Assembly: GCA_965112735.1 (NCBI GenBank)
Contig: OZ218962.1
Location: 930,001-994,000, forward strand
Source of the DNA: Phaeosaccion multiseriatum
Taxonomy: Eukaryota; Protista; Ochrophyta, other classes
Length of the DNA: 64,000 nt
Direction of reading: 5' to 3'
The notes under the pieces are model-generated. The model had not been told where the DNA came from. It worked only from the letters and a program-made list of their open reading frames with translations, and made no database searches. Shown here in pieces: positions 37,342 to 50,000 of the stretch (positions are counted from its first letter, which is position 1; each line of letters begins with the position of its first letter). A program made the position numbers and the translations under genes.

Positions 37342-38655
37342 AGTGTGGGTGTGTGTGTGTGTGTGTGTGTGTGTGAGTGTGGCCGGTGGAGGCGGGAGTG
37401 GGTTGAGGTTGAGGAGGTGGCACCAGATACTGCAACAGTACAGCCACGCACCACTCACACTCATCCACCCCATTCACCCCACCCACCCACCCACCCACCC
37501 ACCCACCCACCCAAAGTCAAATCCCCCCACCCCCCTGCCCACCCGCAGACCCACCCACCCACCCACCCTCCCAGCCACCCATCCACTGCCATCCATCCAT
37601 TGACATAACACACACACTCACCTGTACGAGCGTGACCGCGTCTCGCCTCACCGCGAGCAAGAAGGCCTGCCTCCTGCCAATGAACATACGTATGCCGGCC
37701 TGTGTCAAGTGGGACAGAGAGAGAGAGAGATGGAGACATCGAGAGAGGGAGAGAGATAGATAGAGAGAGAGAGAGAGCGCGAGTGAGGGAGAGGAGGGAG
37801 GGAGAGGAGGGGAGAGAGGGGAGAGGGGGAGGGAGGGATTGAGGGAGGGAGAGAGAAAGTCCAGTTTATCGATACATGGTAGGCTCGCACTCTGTTCACA
37901 CACGCCTGTATGCCCACCCTCCCTCCCTCCTCCCACTCCCTCCCCTCCCTCCCTCCCTCCCTCCGTATTACCAACTCGCTAACCTGTATCCTTGTGGCTG
38001 CGTGATGCAGCGTGGGAATGAGGTGAAGTACATAGGCCCGCGTGGCCACCCCCCTTGCCAGTCTCTGTATCTGCACAGCAGCAAGGTCCTCGAGGGAAAG
38101 GCCGTCGTCGTCCTCCACCCACACGCTTGAGTCCTCCTCGGGGTTCTGTAACGCCGTTTTGTAACGTCATTTGTAACGGTGGGTGAGAGAGAGAGAGTGC
38201 GTGTGTGTCCAGAAGAGAAAAGAAGAAAGAGGAAGGAAGGGGGTTGAGGGTTGATTGTGAGGGGAGGGGGAAGGGAAAATGTCACTCACTCACTCACTCA
38301 CTCACTCACTCACTCACTCACACACTCACTCACTCACGCACTCACTCACTCACGCGCTTACTCACTCACATACTCACTCCCTCACTCACCCCACCCACTC
38401 ACTCACTGACTCACTCGCACACTCTTTTAGTCGATCCGTAAAGTCTGTACAACCAACAGGTACACCAGTACTCGCTGACCCACTCAGTCACTCACTAACT
38501 GATTCGCACTTTACAAAGGGGACTCAGTCACTAACTGACTCAGTCACTAACTGACTCAGTCACTAACTGACCCACTCAGTCACTCACTAACTGACTCAGT
38601 CACTAACTGACCTGCTCCAAGAGGCGGCGCTTCCTCTCGAGTGTCAGCGCTCGTC

Positions 38656-38689
<34 letters not shown>

Positions 38690-41382
38690 GGGAGAGAGAG
38701 TGTGTGTGTGTGAGAGAGAGAGTGTGTGAGAGAGAGAGATGAGAGAGGGACACACAGAGGGAGAGAGTGGGAGGGAGAGAAAGACACGACAGACACACGC
38801 ACAGAGGGAAAGAGAGACAGAGAGGGACAGACAGAAAGCAAGACAAGCCAGCCCGGCCCTAAACAAGCCCAGCCCTAAACAAGCCCGGCTCTAAACAAGC
38901 CCAGCCCGTACTCCCTTACCTCTTTTCGAGCGCCTTCCTCTGCTTGTCCTTGTACGCCAACTGTTGCTTCTGAATCAGATTCAGCTTGGCCGTCTGCCGG
39001 ACCAGCTCCTCCTGTCGCCGCCGAAGCACGCTCTCCTGCACACCCAACGCCTCCCTCCTTTTACGAATCATGCCTACCCTGTCGCGGCTCGCCTTGCCCC
39101 TTGCCACTGACTGGATCCTCTGTGCGGCCTTCTCCTTGGTCTCAATCTCGGTCCAAGTCTCCGGTCCTCCGTCTGCGGCACCCTCTGTCAGAGCCTCTTC
39201 TTCCATCTCCATTAGTTCAATGCGTGCCTCTTCCAGTCTTTCACGCATGGCGTCTAGCTCCAACTTGGGGTTGGAGTGGGGATGGGATGGGATGGGATGG
39301 GATGGCAGTGGATGGGGAGGGGGGGAGGAGGAGGAAGGAGGGGAAGGAGGAGGAGGAGGAGGAGGAGGAGGAGGAGGAGGAGGAGAAGGAGGAGGAGGAG
39401 GAGGAGGAAGAGGAGAGGAGGAGGAGGAGGAGGAGGAGGAGGAGGAGGAGGAGGAGGAGGAGGAGGAGGAGGAGGAGGAGGAGGAGGAGGAGGAGGAGGA
39501 GGAGGGGGAGGAGGAGGAGGAGGAGGAGGAGGAGGAGGAGGAGGAGGAGGAGGGGGGCGGCACAGCGGTGAAAAGGAGGGGCTGATGAGAGTCAAGCAGT
39601 AGTAACGGGTACTTGTAATTCCACTCCCCCTCTCCCTCCCACTCCACCCCCTCCACACCCACCCACACACACCTGCAGATTCTCATTCTGTTTGCGCCGC
39701 CGGATCACTTCAAGCTCCAAATTCGCCCCCACGGAACGTTTGAAGGGCGACCGTTTCCTCCCAAACGTCCCCTTGGCGTGTAACGGTTGCAGCACCCCCC
39801 CCGTCCTCTTGCTCCTCGCCAACCCAGGGGTGGGCGCCACCCCCGACATGCCCGTCGCAAATTTAGACCCTCTCGCCTCCCGCCGCGTCCCCTCTCCATT
39901 GACGTCATCCGGAGGAGGAGGGGTGAGCGGACGGTCTGCGGCGGCACTTCGTCCAGTGCCCGCGAGATCGGCAAAGGGAGCGAGCGGCCTTAGCGCCGCT
40001 GCAGGCTGTCTCATGTCCTTCCCATCGTCGGCTTTGAGGGCCGTGGCGAAGAGGTCATTGCCTGCGAGGCGGGAAGGCACCAGACGGAGAGTGGAGTCCT
40101 GCATGTAACGGCCGAAACGTCCCTCCTCTTGCAAGATGAGGCGCTCTGCCTCCCTCACACGAAGCATGTCAAAGTCTCCGAGGACGCTCATGGTGCTGCT
40201 CGCTAGCTCGGCCTTGGCCGCCCGCTTCGCCATTCCACCACTGCCGGACTGCATGAGCAGGTCCATCGCGCTCTCCTCCTCTCCACCTCCTCCTCCTCCT
40301 CCTCCTCTTGCTGCTGCTGCGGCGGCGGCGGACGAGGCTGTGGCGCCTTTCCCTCCTATGGCGGAAAAGCCAGCACTACTCCGTGGCAAGACGTCACCGA
40401 GGGGCGCGTGGGAGTCCCTCTTCTCGCCGCCAACGGAGGGGTGTGGGTTCTTGGTGCCACCTTGCCCCCCCCCCTTGCGCTGATGTTGCTGTTGCTGTAA
40501 CTGCTGCTTCTGTTGCTGTATCACCAACTCGAGCATCTGTGCGTGCATGGGCACGGGCACTATAAAGGGGTTGCGCTGCAGAGCAAAGCCCAGCCACTCT
40601 CGAAGAGGCTCGATACTCTCGAGAAAGTCGAGGTCCGAGGGAATCTTCAGCAAGTAGTTGATGCCGTTCCACATGAAAGGGCTGACAGAGGAGGACCCAG
40701 CTCCTGCTGTATCACCAACTGCTGTTGCATCACCAGCCGCCGCTGCTGCTGATGCTGCTGATGCTGCTGCTGCCGCTTCTCTCTCCTCACCAGCGGCGCT
40801 TTGCCTCTGCTTTAGCTGCTTGTGCTTGGACCGTCTCCACCTGACGATGGCTTCTGTGACTTCCACGGTGCTCATGCGGAGGAGGTCGAGTATATCAACG
40901 ACCACGGGCGGAGGGCCCTTCTTGCCCAGTCGCCGCCCGATCTGCCGCACTGCCCCCTGAAGCTTGTGCAGGTAGCCCTCTCGGACTAGGATGCACTTGA
41001 GCGCCTCAATTTCCTCCGCATTGGCAGTGTCTGCCTGTTGGCTGGGCACCAGGGTGTCCTCCATAAACGCCAGCCCACCGCTGTACGTGATGCCCCCCTG
41101 AGGCGTGGACATGTTCAAGCTTCGAGCCTGCTGCTGTTTCGCCCCCATCTTCCCAGGAAGACTCTCCAGCTTTCCCTTGCCGCCCCCCATCCCATACCTC
41201 ATCGCCTTCAAAGAGGGGGGCTGCAATTCTTGCTGCCGTCTCTTGGGGGACATGCGAAGCTGCCGCTTGCGGCTGCCTTGCGGTTGGTCCCTTTCCCATG
41301 CCCACTTGTCTGAGGCATTCTCCCCTCCGCCTCCTCCCTGTCCAGCGCCTTGCCTGCGGCTGGCAGGGGTTGGGCTCTGCAT
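22859..41382 (-). CDS. Giant multi-exon IQ-motif protein with coiled coils, two dynein-MTBD-like segments and C-terminal repeats
   Basis: Chain of GT..AG-bounded minus-strand exons from the ATG at 41382 to the stop at 22859. IQ motifs AAQRIQSVARGKASR, AAVQIQRLARGVATR, AATRIQ and AARTIQRIGRGRKGR. One frame change near 27970. Could be two genes. Confidence 0.7.
33554..33826. repeat. 33-bp minisatellite, ~8 copies, probably intronic
   Basis: Unit ccatgtggggagcatacgggtgagaagg[aa/gg]cgg repeated head to tail with no spacers. Confidence 0.95.
36318..36685. repeat. (CCCT)n/(CCGT)n microsatellite, intronic
   Basis: About 370 bp of tetranucleotide repeat. Confidence 0.95.
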
Positions 41383-41884
41383 TGTCCACCCCTGCTATGA
41401 TCTAAAGTGTGCCTAAGGCCTATAGAGCTCTGAGCGTGCCTTACCGCGCTCCCATCCTCCGCTCGAACTGAACCATAGGTACCGTACGCTTATCCATGAA
41501 GTAGGTCCTCCCTTTGTCAGAGAAGGATCCGACAATCGGACAGAGAGAGAGATTCCAGAGCACGGGGCAAGGTAACGGCGTGACCCCGCGGTTTCAGCTC
41601 TCCCGGAAAATCATCTCTCCCTTGGTATGGTGAAGGCTCTCCGGAGAGGGCAGGGAAGGGACGAAGAACCCTCGGAGAAAGGGGGGGAGGGAAAGAGACA
41701 ACTAAGAAAGGAGGGCCTACTCTCTTGTGCGTTGGAGGGGCTGGGTGGGGGTGCACTGCGAACATAGCTGCCCTCGCCATCGGGAAAAGGGGGAGAGATT
41801 CAGGTGCCGTCGTGCATCATCAGTGGTAGCAGTAGGAGCAGCAGCGGCGGCGGCGGCCGCCAAGGTCGAGGGTAGCGGGGTACT

Positions 41885-43326
41885 ATGAGCGACGACGCTT
41901 ACTTTTTGCCGCTGGGTATCCTGGATGGTGCCGACAACGTGGAGGACGAGGCAGGCATTCTGGGAGGAGCCCTGCTGGACGAGCTGAATGAAGACCTCAG
42001 CCACAGCAGGAGCAGCAGCGGCAGCAGTCACAGCAGAGCTCAACACGCACACCAGTCCAGCGGCAGTCTGGACGCGGCGAGCGTGCCCAATGGCGGCGGG
42101 GGCGGTGATGTTGGGGGCCTGCGTGGGACCCGGCGGAGCGGCGCTGCATCGGGGCCGAGGTGAGAAGGAGACAAGAGTGAGATTCACTGCAGCAGCGGCA
42201 GCAGTAAATGCGTTTTCTGCCATGGTAGCAGCCAAAGGGGTTGGGGGGGGGGGCTGGTTTGCCTCTTTTGCCTACTGACCTGCTGCCCTCCTATCCACTC
42301 CCCAACCTTTGGGTACTGCCCGCAACCACGCAGACCACTCCCCACTTTGATGGGGGCGGAGCTGCTGCATGTACCGGGCACTTACGTGCAGCAGCAGCGA
42401 CAACAAGGCTTGGTGGAGGGGCAGCGCGTACAGGGGTCGGGTCAGCAGCAGGTGGGGGAGTCACCCACCCGCCGCCTCAGCCTGAACCAATCCTCACGAC
42501 CGCTGCTCTCCGAGCTCGGTGACAGTGGCAGCGGAAGCAGAGTGTTCTCCCCCGCCGCCTCCTCCTCCTCCTCCTCGGGGGGCTTTTCAGCGGCCGTCGG
42601 ATCGGCACGGCGGACTCCAGCAGCAGGTGGTGGTGTTGGTGGCGGCGGCGGTACAGCAGCGCAAGCTGGACAGCGTATGTCACACCCCAAACAAAGGCCT
42701 TCTACCGACGCTCAGCGGGGCGGTGGTGGTGGTGGTGAAGGTGGTGGTGGTGAAGGTGGTGGTGGTGGTGGTGGTGGTGGTGGTGGTGGTGGTGGTGGTG
42801 GTGGTGGTGGTGCGGGGCCTGAGGGAGGGTGGTCGCACCAGGCATCACTCGGGCGGATGGGCTCCACTCAGCGCCATCCCCTTGCCATCGAGCATCGGAG
42901 GGCAGCAGCAGCAGCAGCAGCAGCAGGAGGAGGAGGAGGAGGCCCCAAGACCGCCACGAGCAGCGGCAGCAGCAGCAGTAGCAGCATCAGCAGCAACAAC
43001 AGCAGCAGCAGCGGCAGCAGCAACAGCAAAGGCACCGCCGCTCAGGGGGCCCCCCGAAGGTCCTCCTCAGGCTCCTCAGGACTGGTGGATGCTAATGGCA
43101 CTGGCGGTAGTGGGGGGGGGGCGAGTGTGAGTGCGAGCGAGGCGGCCATGGGAAGTGGTACAGGTACAGCAAACAACTGGGCCAACGCGCATCATCTTCA
43201 GCAGCACCACCACCGGCAGCAGCAGCAGCAGCAGAGAGTGAAGGACGTGGTTCCTGCTCCAGGACTGACGCGCCAGAACCTCCCTGCCTTTCCTCCCGGC
43301 ATGGGCCCTTCCCAAGGGGGTGCTGG

Positions 43327-43358
<32 letters not shown>

Positions 43359-43524
43359 GGCCGTACAACTTCGCAGCAGTTGTGGCAAAGGCTCCTTCTC
43401 CCGCCTTCGACGCTGAGAAGGGTGTGGGCGCCGCACCACTATCATCATCGGATACTCGCCAGCACTCGGCGGTACAGCAGTTGGCGATACAGCAGCAACA
43501 GCAGCAGTCGTGGTGGCGCAAGGG

Positions 43525-43560
<36 letters not shown>

Positions 43561-46405
43561 CCCGAGCGCCGGGTCAACAGGCGTATCCAAACAGCAGGCC
43601 TCAGCGGGGGGGGCATCGTCGGCTCAGTCGGGCTCGGGAGGGGGGGGGGCTACTGGCATATTCAAACGCGGAAGTGCTCCTTCCCTACAGCAGCAGCAGC
43701 AGCAGCAGCAGCGTCGATTCTCGCAGCAGCAGTTGGTGATGCAGCAGCAGCAGCAGCAGCAGCAGCAGTTGGTGATACAGCAGCAGAAGGCGGCTTTGGA
43801 GGGTGCAGGAGGGCGAGGGGGGAGGGGTGAACACGGAGGCCGGAGGGGGCAGGCCGGAGGAGGAGGTATGGTTGGGCTGAGCGATGGTGGGGGGGGGAGC
43901 AGGGGGGGACAGCAGCAGCACTACCAACAGCAGCAGCTGCAGCAGCAAAGGAGGCAACAACAACAACAACAACAGCAGCAGCAGCAGCAGCAGCTTTTCC
44001 GCCAGCAACAGCAGATGCGGCAGCAGCAGCGGCAGCAGCAGCAGCAGCAGCAGCAGCAGTTGGTGATACAGCAGCAGGGCGTCGCCGCGGGGCGCGGGCG
44101 TAGGGGCAAGACGGGGGGTAGTGTTGGCGGTGTTGGAGGCATGGCTTTGAAGGAAGCACCCTTGTCTTCGAGCAATGCTTCCACCCACGGGAGGGGCGGA
44201 CGCAGCAACGGACAAGAGCAGCGGGAGGGTGAGAAGGGTGGGGAGAAGGAGGAGGAGGGGGTGAGGCAGGCACCTAGTCATGGCGATGATGAGAGTGGAA
44301 AGGGAGGCGCAGCAGCAGCAGTTGGTGATACAGCAGCAGTTGGCATGGGTGGAGAGGAGGAGGGTGCGGAGGAGCAGCATGGGGGCCGGCGTGGCGGTGC
44401 TACTCAGACGGAGTCGAGGGGCAGAGGTGTGCGAGGCGAAGCACGGAGTGAGGAGGAGCAGGAGGAGGAGGAGGAGGAGGAGGAGGAGGAGGAGGTAAGC
44501 GAAGAGGGGGAGGAGAGGAGGAGTAACACCGTGGGGATGGAGGCACACTCGGAGATGATGACCTCGCTCGACAGCCCTTCTGTCACAGCGCGCTCTTCAC
44601 ATCAGCAGGGGCATCCCCAGGGGGGGCAGCATGGACATCACCAAGGGCGGCAGGGGGGGCTAACGCGACACAGTCGAGGCAAGAGAAACAAGGACAGGAA
44701 TGGAGGAGCAGGAGGAGGAGGAGGAGGAGGCGGCAGCGGCGGCAGCGGGGGCGGTGGTGGTGGAGGAGGTGGAGGAGGAGGAGGAGGAGGAGGAGGAGGG
44801 GGGGGGCAAGCGAGGGACGCGCGCCACGGCAGCAGTAGCAGCACCAGCAACACCTCGGCCGCTGGCGCCATGCTCTCGGCCTTCACCACGCCTGGAGGCT
44901 CCCCCTCTTCCGCCGCCGCCGCCGCCGCTTCTGCCGCTGCGAGTGCATTGGGATCGTTAGTACTCCGTGCTGTCTCCGCGCTGTTACACCTGGCCGGCTA
45001 CCTGGCCTTCCGACCCTTCGAGCTGCTGGCCTCGCTGCTGGGGGTGGTCTTGCTACGCCTCACCTCCATGCTCCGGCGTCCGTCCGCGTCGGTGTGGGTG
45101 GTGTCCGCGGGTTCGAATCTGCTCGGCCGCCTGGTGGAAGGTTTGATTGTGCTTCTCGCCCTGCTGGGGAGGCTGGTGGGCAATGTGGCTCTTGTGGTGT
45201 GGCGGGTGCACGAATATGCCGCCCGGGAAGCCCTCACCAACCACGCTGTGAGCTTGTGCTATTGCCTCATCTACTGCTGTCAGTACTTTCGGGGTACCCT
45301 TGATTGGGCCCCGCATTGGGTACGTTCCGCGGTTTTTCTCTCTGAAAAAAAGTGTGTGGAGTGCGTGTTGTTGGGGGATGTTGGATGGATTTGGGGGGGG
45401 GGGGGGGGGGTCCCAACATTGGGGACGGACGCCCTTCGTTTTTATTGTTTTATTCTGTTCTTCTCTTGGGTTGTTTTGCGTCCTCACTTGTTTTTTCTGC
45501 TTCGCCTCACTCATCTCTTTTCTCCACTTGTGAATCTCTCGCTCTCCCCTCTCTCTTCTCCTCCCCCCACCCCGCTCTCTTTTCTCCTCTCCAAGGCGGT
45601 GACATGTGTGGCCTACCTCTTTACGATGCACATGGTGGCCGGGGGGAGCAGTGCGCAGGAAGGAGGAGGGGTCCAGGGGGACGGAGGGGGAGGGGGAGGG
45701 GGGGGCTTTACATCGTACCCCTACCAGCACCCTTCCTCCTCCTCCGCTCTCGTCTCCGCCAACGCCCCAACCAAGACGACCGTCCGAGGCAAGGCTTCCA
45801 GTGTAACCGCCGCCACAGCTGGAGGCGGAGGAGGAGGAGGAGGAGGAGGAGGAGGAGGAGGAGGAGGAGGAGCGGACAGAGGGGACAAGAACGGGGCAGG
45901 GGCAGGGACGGGGGCGCACAGCAAAAGAGGCGGGGGTGGGGTGGGAACAGGGCACCAGCAGCATCTTCATCTTCATCATCATCATCAGCAGCAGCAGCAG
46001 CAAGCACAGTCACAGTCCCGCTTCCTGCTCATGGGCAGCTGCTTTGTGCCGACTGTGCGAATGGCGCTGCCCCTGCTCGTGTTGGTGATGGGCGTGTCGG
46101 GTCACAGCTGTCTCATGGACCTCAAGGGATCAGAGCTCATGCTCTTGTCCTTCCTCCTTTGCGGCCTTCGTATGCGCTGCTTCCTCAGCCCCATCTTCTT
46201 GGGCCTTGCCTCTGTCCAGGCCCTCTTGGTGCTGGGCTTACCCTCGTCTTCCACGCTGCAGTACTGTCAGCTGCTCATGGGCTTTACGGCGCTGCGGGCT
46301 GTGTCCTCCGTCAATCTCATCACAGGTACCAGCGCCTGCCACTCCACCTACCTTGTCAACGTGTCCCTCACAGATGGGTTCAAAGTGGTGGTGCCGACGC
46401 ACTGA
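41885..46405 (+). CDS. Hypothetical protein: long Q/G/S low-complexity region with a C-terminal multi-pass hydrophobic domain
   Basis: ORF 42347-46405 with a probable intron ~45320-45595 (WAPHW|AVTCVAY); several hydrophobic segments; putative first exon MSDDAYFLPLGILD at 41885. The 5' structure is uncertain. Confidence 0.6.
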
Positions 46406-47719
46406 TTGATGAGTGGAGCAGCAGCGCTGAGGGAAGACTGACTTGAGCACTGGCAGAGGCGGGGGGGGGGGGCACTGACTACGGAGTAGAGCACTGAGTT
46501 GGAGTAGAGCACTGATTGGAGTGGAGGGGGGCAAGCAAGGCAAGCAATTGGGGAGTGAGTGGGTATAGCTGTGCACTCTTACACAGGAACATCGCAGCTG
46601 ACTCACTGTTTGGCTGGCTGACTGACTGGCTGACTGACTGGCTGTCTGACTGGCTGTCTGACTGACTGACTGACTGACTGACTGACTGACTGGAGCCCTG
46701 TGGTGTGGACAAGAGATGCTGCCCTTTGTCTGGAAATAAAGGAGGGGAAGAAGTTGGGGGTTTTGTTGTTGAATTGTTGTGTCTTTCCTTCCTCTTGGAG
46801 CTTGGTGGTAGAGCCCAGGCATGGGCACTGTATGATTGTATGTGGAGAGAACACACGCCCCCAGTGCGTATGCGATAGTCAACCTGTCTGTCCCTTGGCT
46901 TGCCACCCCCAGGGGCAGTTCAAAGGGATGACTGAATGCCCTCCATATATAGCCACCCAATGAGTTTTAAAAGTAATAACAGGAGGAAAAGTAGAGTGGT
47001 GTTGTGCTTCTCTCTTTGTTGAACATGCTGACATTTGCACTGAAGAGGGAGTGAGTCAATAAGAGGTACGTACGTCGTACGTAAGGCTTTAGTCGGACGC
47101 TGATGGGAGGGCGGGGGGAGAAGGGCTTCCTTTGCCTCGCAAAAGGGTCAAAGGGGGGACAACAGAATAAGCTCACACAGTCAGTCAACGCACTTCAGTG
47201 CAGGGTGCTTGGACCCATGTCGGGGGCACGAGAGAGAGAGGGGGGGGGGGGCAAAGAGCCAAGAAAGAGAGGTAAACAAATGGTCTACGTCGATGTATGC
47301 TGGGTGATGAAAAAGTACGCGACGAACAGTAACGATGATGCAAGTATGATATTGATTGCGGCCACACGGCCCTCGCATTCGCCCCCACCACACACCACCT
47401 TCCCTAAACTAGCGAGCGGGTCACCTCCTCCTCCAATCCGCATACTTTCTCCTTCTCTTGTCAACCCCCCCCGCCCTTCCCTCTTCCCACAAGGACCTTG
47501 CTACCTCACTCGCTGCTCCTTGCAGATGAAAACACACAAGCGTGCATCATATGGACAAATCCTACTCCTGCTTCGCCTTCCCAGGCTGCTGGCGCTGCTC
47601 CATTCGAGCGTCCCGCCCCGGCCTCTCCCCCTCCTTTCTCCTCCTCCTCCTCCCGCTGCTGCTGTCACTACCCCCCATCCCAGCCACGCCAACAGCAACC
47701 GCACTCACTACATGACCGA

Positions 47720-48270
47720 TCAGTGGTCAAGGTCCGAGTAGTCCTGTAAGAGTTGCAATGCAAACGTTGGAGAGAGAGATAGGGATTGGGGCCAGCCAAT
47801 CAGTCAGCACACGCCAGATGAAGAAGAGGAGGGGGGCCTATTCCTTCCGGAACAACGGCTCACCTTGAGGACGAACATCTTGTGGTAGGGTGAGTTCTTC
47901 CTGGCCTCGTCGCTGATGCTCGCCTCCGTGCCGAGGGCCATCAAGGCGAAGGACGCACTGACAAAGGAAGAAGGGAAGAGTGGAGGGAGTAAGAGTTGTG
48001 TGAGGTACGCTATCCCGCATCTCACAGCGCTACTGCCCCCCCCCCGCAAAGCATTCTAATCTATCGAACAGTGCAGGCATCCCCCCCCCCAGTCCTTGCA
48101 TCCCTCCTCCTGCGTCTCAGACGCAAAGCAAAACAACCCGGGTTTCGTCGCACACACGCGACGGCCAAAGCCCCCACTCACACATAGCCGATGACGAAGG
48201 GCCGGAACGCAGGCCGGGCAATCTCCTGCTTCACGAAGCTCAAAAACGGTCCTCTGTGCCAGTAAGGCAT
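47720..48270 (-). CDS. 68-aa single-TM protein resembling the mitochondrial ATP synthase 6-kDa subunit (subunit i/j class)
   Basis: Exons 48270-48182, 47957-47864 and 47743-47720 (donors GTGAGT and GTGAGC, CAG acceptors) give MPYWHRGPFLSFVKQEIARPAFRPFVIGYVASFALMALGTEASISDEARKNSPYHKMFVLKDYSDLDH. The pattern matches the recalled plant 6-kDa subunit (FFKREW..WPFL.GF....TEEDAKNS.F). Confidence 0.78.
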
Positions 48271-48473
48271 TGCTCTCTATCTCTCTATCTACACTCTTTT
48301 CTCTCTTCTCTCTCGATTTATCCACCCACGCACCCGGGGGGGCGCGCTGGTCGTATGTCAAGGAGTATAAGTCAGTGGCCCTGGCCTATGCAACCTGGGC
48401 CTCGTTGGTGGGCTGGAAGCCACCCTCATCTTACCTGCATCTGGTCGCTCGTTGGCCATTGCTCGCGGTCAGG

Positions 48474-49939
48474 ATGGTCAAGAAGAAGGGGACGAGTAAG
48501 CGCGTTAGTATGAAGCAGAAGTTCAAGATACAGAAGAGGGTGAGTGGAGAAAGGTGGTGGGGAAGAGGGGAGGGGGAAGAGGGGGGGGGAGTGGTGAGAG
48601 GGTTTTAAGAGAAGAGCTGGGCAGTGTCATAGCCGTTGGGAAGGAGGAAGCTCGGAGGAAGTGGGGGACAGAACCGTAACGGGGTCGAGAATGAAGAGTG
48701 CCTTCCTCCTGGTGCTCACGGTGAAGCTCTCCTCCCCCCGTCTCCCCTCGCACCACCCCTCTCTCGGTCGGGCGGTCTCCAGGTCAAAGAGCACGATCGA
48801 AAGCAGAGGAAAGCAACTCGCGGGACCGATGGGAAGAAGAAGAAGATGAAGGATCCGGGAATTCCCAATTCCATACCGTGGAAGCAGGAGGTCCTGAGGG
48901 AAGTGGAGCACGCCAAGCAGCGGCTGGAGGATCAAAAGCAGGCACTCAAAGACAGGAGGAAGGAGGACATAGCAAAGAGGAGGAAAGCACGCGAGAACGG
49001 AGAGGTGGTGCCTACACTATCGAGCATGGTGCGTGCGTGCGTGCGTTTGGGAGGGAGGAGGGAGGGAGGAGGACGGAGAGGAGGGGGCGAAGGAGACTGG
49101 AAGCGATGCGAAGATTGGCCAGCTTGAGAGGGGGAAGAGAGGACGAAAGCCTCTCCTCGCAGGCCGGGGGTGCAGCGGCCCAGCGGCGATCAAGTGGAGA
49201 GGAGAGAGAAGCGGTCGGGCAGGCACTGAGCTCCCAGTCTTTTAAAAAAAGGTGGTGGATACACCTATGAAGGGTGGATACACCTATGAAAGGTGTATAC
49301 ACCTATGGAGGGGGGGGGGCTCCATCCACACTCAGACTTGTCTTGTTTCTTACGTGTATACACCTATGGAGGGGAGGGCCCTCCATCCACACTCAGACTT
49401 GTCTTGTTTCTTACGTACGAATGGTCTCTGCTGCACCCCGCATGTCTTCGCTCGCTCTCCCCCTCCTCCCCCTCCTCCCCCTCCTCCCCCTCCTTCCCCT
49501 CCTTCCCCTCCTCCCCCTCCTCCCCCTCCTTCCCCTCCTCCCCCTCCTTCCCCTCCTCCCCCTCCTTCCCCTCCTCCCCCTCCTCCCCCTCCTCCCCCTC
49601 CTTCCCCTCCCCCCCCTCCCCCCTCCTGCCCCTCCTGCCCCTCCCCCCCCTCCTCCTTCCCCCCCCCCCTCCTCCTCGTCCTCCTCCTCCCCCCCCGTTC
49701 TATGCTGCTTGCTGCTGCGGCAATGCCCTCTTGTTGGGCCCTTCCTCGGATCGGGACTTTTCTCGCGACTTTTCCTCCTGTGGCTGTGTCGTGTGTGATT
49801 TTCCTCCTGTGGCTGGGTGGTGCTACAATCTTGTAGGTGGGTGACGCAGAGGCCAATTCCAACAAGTTTGCGGAGAAAATGAAGCAGAGCGCCGACCAAG
49901 AGGTGAGTGTCACGTAAAGGCCCACACTTGCACGTACAC

Positions 49940-50000
<61 letters not shown>

